Shown here in pieces: positions 53,454 to 60,561 of a stretch of DNA of 64,000 nt. Made by a program: the position numbers and the translations under genes. The stretch lies in the NCBI GenBank assembly GCA_027036135.1, contig JALVSY010000007.1, positions 1,074,884 through 1,138,883 of the forward strand, read 5' to 3'. Position 1 is the stretch's first letter; the number at the start of each line of letters is the position of its first letter. This stretch comes from Pyrodictiaceae archaeon. GTDB lineage: Archaea > Thermoproteota > Thermoprotei_A > Sulfolobales > Pyrodictiaceae. The notes under the pieces are model-generated. The model ran no database searches, was not told the DNA's origin, and saw only the letters and a list, made by a program, of their open reading frames with translations.

Positions 53454-54075
53454 ATGGCTTGGTGCTTTGTAGCTTTGTCGCGGCTTGTACGAGAGCTGGA
53501 GAGGCCTTTGCCTAGGCCTCGGCGCGACCCATTGGGCTATGCTTCTGCCCGTGTCCTAGAGGCCTTGCTCGAGGCTGTATTGGCTCTAGAGTATCTAGAG
53601 AAAGGCTATACCCGTAATGCTGCCGGGAAGGCATTCCAGGCGTGGAGGGCACTGACTGGCGCGCTCCTGGCTCTCGAGAAGATAAAACTGGAGAAATATG
53701 TGAGTAATGAGGAGAGAAAATGGTTAATAGAGGTCGCTATACCCAGGGTGCCTACTAGTAGGCTTAAGCCCTTATCTAGGCTAGTAGAGAGAGCTGGGGT
53801 ACGAGCACTTCTCAGCTTATACCGATAAGGCTCTTGATCTCCACGATTACCAGTATCATGGCTCGGATCCTTCTGGGGAGCTGAGCAAGTACCCCGGCGA
53901 GACTGACGCAGTAGAGGACATCTTGTCTCTGCTAAGAGAGCTGCAACGCATAATCGTTACAAGGGTTAAGCCATTGCTAGAGAAGGAGAATGCCTGGACC
54001 AAGAACCATAGCGAGGCGACTAAGCAGCTAGAGAAGAGACTAACAGGGACGAATCAGAGAGGTTCTCCAGGTTAG
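53454..54075 (+). pseudogene. PaREP1-family-like helical protein, copy a, frameshifted in a G4 run (53796-53799)
   Basis: YLEKGYTRNAAGKAFQAWRAL in the track ORF 53454..53828. Removing one G gives AGYEHFSAYTDKALDLHDYQYHGSDPSGELSKYPGE..., colinear with the paralog at 54504-55086. Family name is from memory. Confidence 0.55.
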
Positions 54076-54503
54076 TGCTGTCTTAAATTGTCTGAAAAAG
54101 TTACATTATCTTAATAAATGCTCTATAACCAATGCTAGCGTGAAGACCCCAATAATGTTTCTTCTATTATTACACCCAGTTATACAACAAGAAACGGGGT
54201 CCTTAGTGCCTTGGTGCAGTCCTTTCTTGGAACTCCAGATGCTTACACAGTCTATAAACTCTAAGGCTTATTGTGGTCTGGTGCTTGGAGAATCTATGGT
54301 TAATTTAAGCCTACTTATACTGTACCTAGTGTTATTGACTAACCCCTCTAGTATACGTGCTAGAATCACTGGATTGGAGGCTTAATTGAAACGCGTAGTC
54401 TTATTTTTCATCTAATTTATTTAATTCTGTTTTGTCGCTCAATTAGTGCTAGGCGTCATACTAGTCGTCCCTTTAGCGTGCTAGTTTTCCGTGAATGATT
54501 TTC

Positions 54504-55086
54504 TCAGCTGCCTATGATACTCTGTTTCTCACGGAGTTTCTGCAGCGCTTCTTGGTGCTCCTCTGTCCACTTGCTCTGTCTCTCTAGTGCCGGTTTCACG
54601 TACTCATCAATTATCTTTGCTAGTTTGCCTAGTAGCTGTATAGTATCCCTTGCTGCCTCTCCTCGGTCAGGATATTTGCTGAACTCCCCCTGAGGGGTCT
54701 GGGCCGTGGTACTGGTAATCGTGGAGCTCAAGCGCCGTACTTGTGTAATGAGTGTAGTCTGGGTAGCCAGCTTCTTCTACAAGCCTTGCTAATGGCTTGA
54801 GCCTACCGGTAGGAACGCGAGGGATTGCTTTTTCTAGTAACCATTTTATCTGCTCCCTGTTCCTCAATTTCTTGACTATCTTGTCCCGTTCTAGTGCTAG
54901 TATTGCTGCTGTTAGTGCTCTCCATGCCTGGAATGCCTTCCCAGCTGCGTTCCTTGTGTAACCCTCTTCTAAGAACCTTAAGGCTAGCAAGGCTTCGAGC
55001 AAAGCCTCAAGAGCACGGGCAGCAGCATAACCCACTGGATCCCGCTGAGGCTTAGGCAACGGCTTCTCTAGTGCAGCGGTACTCAC
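54504..55086 (-). pseudogene. PaREP1-family-like helical protein, copy b, frameshifted in a G5 run (C5 on the plus strand, 54686-54690)
   Basis: FLEEGYTRNAAGKAFQAWRAL ... LELHDYQYHGPDPSG, then the frame switches to EFSKYPDRGEAARDTIQLLGKLAKIIDEY... (track ORF 54504..54731). Confidence 0.55.
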
Positions 55087-55194
55087 AGTTCTATCATACC
55101 CCTGGGATATATGGTAGGGTCTTACTTCTATAGTGTTGCTCCTCTTAGTGGGCTATGTTGATTAGTATCTAGGATAATTGGCTTTACTATCTCT

Positions 55195-56316
55195 TTATTT
55201 GTTCTGGGCCATGTTGAGGGCTTTTTCGTAGACATCAGCAGGGTCTAGATCGAGGAGGGAGCTTGTCTCGCGCCTTACTGCTTCTATGAGTATGGTTTTG
55301 TAGATAGGGTATTGTGGTAAGTATTGTATGCCATGTCTAGCGCGTTTCGGGTAAGCAATGTTTTGCTCCACTAAGGCGTCGGCTATGAGGCTCAACCGAT
55401 GCTCTAGGAGAGGCTTAATAGGCTTCTCTAGTACCTGGAGAGCCTTCTTTATCAGTTCCCGTGGCTCCACCTCAATGCCTCTTGCCTCGAGACTATTACG
55501 AGCCTCCGATAACGCCTGCTCAACTAGCTCTATCCAGGTGGCTATTCTCTGCCTAATAATCTCCTGGGTAGAGAGAGGGCAGAGATCAGGCAACATTCCA
55601 GGGGTTCCACCTACTAGAGCATAGGTCTCCACGAAGCTTGGGTGACAAGCATTCTTCTCCCTGTATTCTCGGTAGAGGGCTTTGAAGTGCTCCTGATCAA
55701 GATGCTCTACGAGGAGCCAGCTGGCAGAGTAGCCTTCTAGCAGGGCGAGAGCCTTACTCGTAGCCGCGAAGCCCTCGCTCACAGTAACCACTACCCTGGT
55801 CCTCATATCGGACTTTGAGAGGAGGCCAGCAAGGCTGCGGAGATCCTCAAGCGCCTCCTCATAACTAGCTCTAGTGTAGCCCGGGAGCTCGTGGAACTCA
55901 TCAACGAATACCAGCACGGCCTTAAGCCTAGCCAAGACATCTCTTAGGGCTTCCTCGATCCTTACCACTAGGTCGATAATACCGAGATGAGGACCAAGTG
56001 TCTCTATTAGAGCCTCCTTCATCCTCTTAGCTAGTTCTTGCCCCGTCTCAGCCACGAAGCTAACAGCCCCTATTCTCTCCCCGAGGCTACGGGTGCGCAG
56101 CCTCCTTGCATCCACGATAACAGCGGCCCCGCTCCGGTAACGCGTTCGGAGAAAGTAGCGTACTAGTTCGCTTTTACCAACGTTCCGGGGACCATAGACC
56201 ACCAGGAGTTTGCGAGAAGCCGTAAGCCTTCCTAGTACCTCTAGCTCGGAGACACGGTCATAGAAGGCAGTACCGAGCAACGTCCTATAGGAATAATCAG
56301 CATGAATAACGGGCAT
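55195..56316 (-). CDS. archaeal ATPase (PF01637-like P-loop NTPase), intact
   Basis: Walker A VVYGPRNVGKSEL, Walker B VLVFVDEFHEL. 373 aa. Same family as 11085..12203. Confidence 0.75.
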   Translation of the reverse strand: MPVIHADYSYRTLLGTAFYDRVSELEVLGRLTASRKLLVVYGPRNVGKSELVRYFLRTRYRSGAAVIVDARRLRTRSLGERIGAVSFVAETGQELAKRMKEALIETLGPHLGIIDLVVRIEEALRDVLARLKAVLVFVDEFHELPGYTRASYEEALEDLRSLAGLLSKSDMRTRVVVTVSEGFAATSKALALLEGYSASWLLVEHLDQEHFKALYREYREKNACHPSFVETYALVGGTPGMLPDLCPLSTQEIIRQRIATWIELVEQALSEARNSLEARGIEVEPRELIKKALQVLEKPIKPLLEHRLSLIADALVEQNIAYPKRARHGIQYLPQYPIYKTILIEAVRRETSSLLDLDPADVYEKALNMAQNK

Positions 56317-56417
56317 ATCCCTAATTCCCTACCTAGCTTACCTAATCATTCTTACACTATATAAGTACCGAGAAAACAACCTTGCCTCGGAGCAAGAGCA
56401 AAATTATATAGCTTCGT

Positions 56418-56606
56418 CTATGAATAGCTGCGCAACAGAACTCTTAAGCAATCCGCTTCTAGGCGAGCGCAATAAGTGCCAGGATACGCCTCCATTATCG
56501 TGCTCCGTGTCATCTCATAGCCCATTTTCTTAAGCATGTATATCTCCGCGGTCTCGTGTAAGAGAAGTAACTTGCCTAGAGAAATCCTAGGAGCTATAGG
56601 GCCCAA
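56418..56606 (-). CDS. short ORF, possibly the 3' part of a disrupted gene
   Basis: An adjacent frame is open from about 56760 (LLTPLSPSCHEKESIWSLLENYVLALAPNNHEVAILGP) and abuts this ORF (…ISLGKLLLLHETAEIYMLKKMGY…). No family recognised. Confidence 0.25.
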   Translation of the reverse strand: MGPIAPRISLGKLLLLHETAEIYMLKKMGYEMTRSTIMEAYPGTYCARLEADCLRVLLRSYS

Positions 56607-56814
56607 GGATAGCGACCTCGTGGTTGTTGGGGGCTAAGGCGAGCACATAGTTTTCGAGAAGGCTCCAGATGCTTTCCTTCTCGTGGCAAGAAGGAGAAAG
56701 CGGCGTCAACAAGTATCGAGAGGCTCGAAGAGGGGAAGCGAAGCTGGGTAAGAGGGGTGGGAGGCCTAGAGCCTAATGATTCCCCTTAGCCTCCCATAGT
56801 TTATCTAGGCGCAG

Positions 56815-57380
56815 CTATTTTCGTTGTGATATAATCTTTTTGGCTATTTCTAGGAGTTCTTCTACGTACTTTGCCCGTGCCCTTACCTGGTTACTATCCA
56901 GGCGTGCTTCGTGGAAGCCCTCTGTGTGGAGGAAGTATGCATGGTCCCAGTCGTCATAGATTCTTCCATCCACTTCCATGGCTAGTCTATTGGCGGCAAA
57001 ATCTAGTAGTCTTAGGCTCCACTTATTCCTCTTCCTTGCCTCCTCTGCTTCTGGAAGCCCTAGGACCTCTGCCATTGCCTTGATAGCCTCCTCGGCTACT
57101 TTGTAGAGCTTATCGCTCGCCTGACCGTATCGTTTTCCTCAAGGAGAGAAAGTGCTTCGTGGAGAAATCTCTCGGCTAATCCGAGGTGGAGGCTGGCCTC
57201 CTCACGCGGATCTAGTCCTAGCTCTCTTGTCAGGAGCTCGATAATGCGGGTCTCTATGTCGAGTCCCCGTCTCTTAGCCTCCTCGTAGAGTCTCTTAGGA
57301 ATGGTGATTTTAGAGACACCTGCTTCAATTATCCGGGGGAGAATAGAGCAGAGCAGGTATGGATAAAGATAGTGTTTCAT
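56815..57380 (-). pseudogene. PaREP1-family-like protein, copy c (different subfamily), frame shifted at about 57121-57126
   Basis: ORF 57096..57380 ends ...LLEENDTVRRAISSTK*. Inserting one base gives ENDTVQASDKLYKVAEEAIKAMAEVLGL..., continuing into ORF 56815..57075 (WDHAYFLHTEGFHEARL). Confidence 0.55.
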
Positions 57381-58039
57381 TACTCCTCTACTATCTACTA
57401 ATTGTAATTGTCTCCAGCTACGTGTCCCGGGACGGGATAAACATAATATATAATCCTGTACAGCCTATTTGCCTAGGCTTCATGGGCCTTATAGCTATAT
57501 GGTCTTGCGGTGCTGCTCTCTTGGCTCGCTCCATGCTTACTAAGTGGCTATGGGTCTACGAGCTTGTATCAATAGCTGTCTCCGCGGCTATTGGGGTAAT
57601 GCTCTACTTCTCGGGTAGAACGTCCCCGGTTGAGTCAATAGCTTTTATCCGGAGCCATGGAGTGTTGGATGCTGTGCTCCATATATGGTTGAGCAATGTC
57701 TCGTCGTTCCTTCTTGCTGCCGTGCTAGTAGTGCTCCATCCTGTGGCCGGTGTCTTTGCGGTTGCGTACACGTCTGTGTTCTTGGGCGAGTTGCTGGCCT
57801 CCTGGCTAGCCGGGTACTGTGGCACCGCCCACATAGCTTACGGGCTCGTTGAGACACAAGCCTATATACTACTATGGGTTCTCGCGGCCCGGACCTACTA
57901 CGTACAACACGCGTGCGGCTCTCTTCTCTGTAGATGGGAGGCCACAGTCAGGGAGACTAGAAGACTACTGGTCTACGTGCTACTCGTGTTCCTAGTCCTC
58001 GGAGTGATCGAGGTCTACGAGGTGAGGATCCTTGGCTAG
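57359..58039 (+). CDS. integral membrane protein (possibly SpoIIM/DUF95-like); start uncertain
   Basis: About 6 TM segments. AYGLVETQAYILLWV weakly resembles the PHGxxEIPA motif. The track start overlaps the divergent gene's 5' end by 22 nt, so an internal start is plausible. Confidence 0.45.
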   Translation: MDKDSVSLLLYYLLIVIVSSYVSRDGINIIYNPVQPICLGFMGLIAIWSCGAALLARSMLTKWLWVYELVSIAVSAAIGVMLYFSGRTSPVESIAFIRSHGVLDAVLHIWLSNVSSFLLAAVLVVLHPVAGVFAVAYTSVFLGELLASWLAGYCGTAHIAYGLVETQAYILLWVLAARTYYVQHACGSLLCRWEATVRETRRLLVYVLLVFLVLGVIEVYEVRILG

Positions 58040-58535
58040 CTCGGTTAGGGTGCGCAGGCTAGTAGCTGGGCTCGGGACAGCGCTAGTAATAGCACTATCA
58101 TTCTCGACGACGGGTACCCTGCCGGTCAGCGGGCTACCCGGGCTGATCATAAGCGCGATAGGCTCGGTCACGCTCTACGTATCGGTGGCGCTGGGTGCTG
58201 CTATTCATCGCTCCTACCCGGATAGGCACGACGAGCCCAGGGACACGGGGAGACTATTCACTGAGGGGCCCTACGAGCTGTGTAGGCACCCATTCTACCT
58301 ATTCATGATACTAGTCCAGCTCTCCATACCCCTGGTACTAGTTAGCGCGCCCGGGTTAGTCCTCGCAGCGAGCTTGTTGCCGGCGTGGTTGCTCCTAGTG
58401 AGGATAGAGGAGAGGGAACTCCTAGAGTACTGGGGAGAAGCCTACAGGGAGTATATGAGGAGGACGCCAGCCCTAATACCAGACATAAGGAGGCTGATAG
58501 GGTGGAGTAAAGTCAAGAAGCATGCCTCTTTGTAG
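58032..58535 (+). CDS. isoprenylcysteine carboxyl methyltransferase / phospholipid methyltransferase-family membrane protein
   Basis: CRHPFYLFMI (RHPxY) and RIEERELLEYWGEAYREYMRRTPALIP (the EE..L...FG..Y..Y type). 8-nt overlap with the upstream membrane gene. Confidence 0.7.
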   Translation: MASSVRVRRLVAGLGTALVIALSFSTTGTLPVSGLPGLIISAIGSVTLYVSVALGAAIHRSYPDRHDEPRDTGRLFTEGPYELCRHPFYLFMILVQLSIPLVLVSAPGLVLAASLLPAWLLLVRIEERELLEYWGEAYREYMRRTPALIPDIRRLIGWSKVKKHASL

Positions 58536-58615
58536 TACTATGCCTGGGTACAGATTGTGTCGTAGAACCAAGGATTATGGATTGAGTAAATCGAGTAAAG
58601 TTGTGGCCTTGGCCT

Positions 58616-58650
58616 AGGCAAAAACCCTGTTGGTATGGGCCCCGGGGCCA
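58616..58650 (-). terminator. candidate archaeal terminator for cdvB (T5 tract on the minus strand after a GC palindrome)
   Basis: Minus-strand reading after the stop at 58680 is ...GGCCCCGGGGCC (12-nt palindrome, 58638-58649)...GGGTTTTTGCC (T5 = 58620-58624). Archaeal termination commonly uses T tracts. Confidence 0.3.
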
Positions 58651-58679
58651 GGGGTGCAGGGGTACGGGATGCGTAGTGT

Positions 58680-59354
58680 TTACTTGTTCTGGTTCTCGGC
58701 GGTGGGTGTTGGGAATGCGCTTGGTAGCTCGGGGAACTCTGACTTCATGCGCTGCTCTGCTACTATTCTCGCTTCCTCCATTATCTTTCTCGCTTCCTCG
58801 CTGTATACTCCGGTCGGCATGCTCATGAAGCTTGTGAACTCGCCTGCCTCTGTTACTACGCTCTCTAGTAGTTCTCCTATCTCTGCCATTTCTAGGCCTA
58901 TCTCGGGTACTAGGCCGGTTAGGTAGCGGCGTAGGTCCTTGATCACAGCTACTACTGGTGCTAGCCCAGTTACTACGTCGCCCATCGTCATTACTGTCTC
59001 GAGGCGTAGTGCTACCTTCTCTATCGCGTACTTGGCCATCATTATGCTCTTTATCATCTTCCTTAGCTCTGCTACCTCGCCAGCGTACATCGCTGCCCGT
59101 GTCTGGTCCTTCTCTATCTGCGCCTGCACTACCTTCTCAAAGAGTATCTGGTCGCGCTCCTTCATCTTGTGTATTACGTACTCTAGCTTGTTGTTCTCTA
59201 CGCGTAGCTTGTAGAGCGCTAGTGCTAGCTTCTGCCTCAGTGGAGGAGGCGGGTTGATGAAGTTACGTATCTTGTCTACTACACCGGGGCCCTTGGGCTG
59301 GGGATTCCATATCTTGGCAAAATCGTCTGTACGTGCCATGGCTCTCAGCGCCAA
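58680..59354 (-). CDS. cdvB: ESCRT-III (Snf7-family) cell-division protein, CdvB paralog without a C-terminal winged helix
   Basis: KMKERDQILFEKVVQAQIEKDQTRAAMYAGEVAELRKMIKSI and EEARKIMEEARIVAEQRMKSEFPELP closely parallel the Sulfolobus CdvB segments RERDKDLFEKVIRSQIEGD..ARATIYAQEISDIRKMIK and EQAKKIMEEAQKMAE...LPELP (recalled from memory). Confidence 0.8.
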   Translation of the reverse strand: MALRAMARTDDFAKIWNPQPKGPGVVDKIRNFINPPPPLRQKLALALYKLRVENNKLEYVIHKMKERDQILFEKVVQAQIEKDQTRAAMYAGEVAELRKMIKSIMMAKYAIEKVALRLETVMTMGDVVTGLAPVVAVIKDLRRYLTGLVPEIGLEMAEIGELLESVVTEAGEFTSFMSMPTGVYSEEARKIMEEARIVAEQRMKSEFPELPSAFPTPTAENQNK

Positions 59355-59560
59355 TCGTATAATAGCGAAGGGCCTGGTAGGTAACCCAGAGGCCCTAATG
59401 CCACCGAGCCCCAGGGCTTAAAACCCGGGCCAAGGCCCCTCTTTGGTCAAGTCGAGTCCTCTGGGAGAATTATCTCGTATTGTGTGGTAATGGCTAGGCT
59501 TTGTCTATGCTTGTGTAGAAAGGGTGTTACCCTTATCTGTGGGACTGTGTATGTGTGGTC

Positions 59561-60412
59561 TTAGAGGGCTTGCCCCTGCTCTATGATTTCCTGGAGTCGC
59601 TTCTTCAACGCTTCCGTGAATACTGGGTTGCTTATCACGAGGGCTATTACGCCGTGCGGGGCGCTGGGTAAGCCTATTATTACTGTGTCACAGGCAGCCA
59701 TTAGATCCATTATCGCCGCATCCGAGGCGACTAGTCTTACCCCGTGCTTCTTGACCTCCTCAACATAGCTGCTAGGGATTGATGCGTTGCGCGGCACCAC
59801 GATAATAGTGCCTTGTGGCAGCTTCTCAACGAGCAGTCCCAGTACCGGCCATAGCTGGCTAAGCCTATCAAGAACCTTGTAGGCCATAAAGACTGGAGGC
59901 TCCTTGCACCTAGCCAGAGTCTCGGCTGCATGGGCAACAGATTCCTCAACACCATACACTATCTTGACGTACTCCTCGCTAGCCTGCTTAGCGAGCCGGC
60001 TTAGCTCCTCGCCCAGCTTCTCTAGCTCAGCTGCCTCAGAGACGGCCTTGGCCACCCTCTCCTCCGCCTTCGCCTTCAATGCCCTGCGTGGATCGATGAT
60101 ATAGTAGTGGCCTCCCTCCTCGCCGACAAGTCCTAGTGCGGCAAGGCTGCGAAGAACATCATAGACTCTCTGGGCAGGTATACGCGCAGCCTTAGCAACC
60201 TCGGGTGGACGGGCCCTGCCGAGAGCTAGGAGCGCGAGATAAGCTCGTGCCTCGTATCCTGATAGGCCTAGGAGCCTACGAATACGTGTCTCGAGCTCGT
60301 TCTCGCCCTCTGTTTGCACGGCGGAATCATTCCTCGCAATAGTCTCCCTAAGCCCCAGGTGCCTCGGGGCCGCTTCCTCCTCGGTGATGTGCGGGAAGGG
60401 TTTCTCATCCAC
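59561..60412 (-). CDS. TrmB-family transcriptional regulator
   Basis: LGLSGYEARAYLALLALGRARPPEVAKAARIPAQRVYDVLRSLAALGLV is a TrmB-type wHTH. A C-terminal domain of about 150 aa follows. Confidence 0.7.
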   Translation of the reverse strand: MDEKPFPHITEEEAAPRHLGLRETIARNDSAVQTEGENELETRIRRLLGLSGYEARAYLALLALGRARPPEVAKAARIPAQRVYDVLRSLAALGLVGEEGGHYYIIDPRRALKAKAEERVAKAVSEAAELEKLGEELSRLAKQASEEYVKIVYGVEESVAHAAETLARCKEPPVFMAYKVLDRLSQLWPVLGLLVEKLPQGTIIVVPRNASIPSSYVEEVKKHGVRLVASDAAIMDLMAACDTVIIGLPSAPHGVIALVISNPVFTEALKKRLQEIIEQGQAL

Positions 60413-60561
60413 AACCTGTACATGGATAGAATTTATTGTTTACTCCCCTAGGTGGCTGCCTATTTAAAGAGAAACTATGAAGCTCAGCGAGGAAAGTCTT
60501 GGAGTAGTGAAAAAGCGCGGGGCTAAGAGGGTCCGACGGCTTGTCTGTCTAGGTCTCTTTC

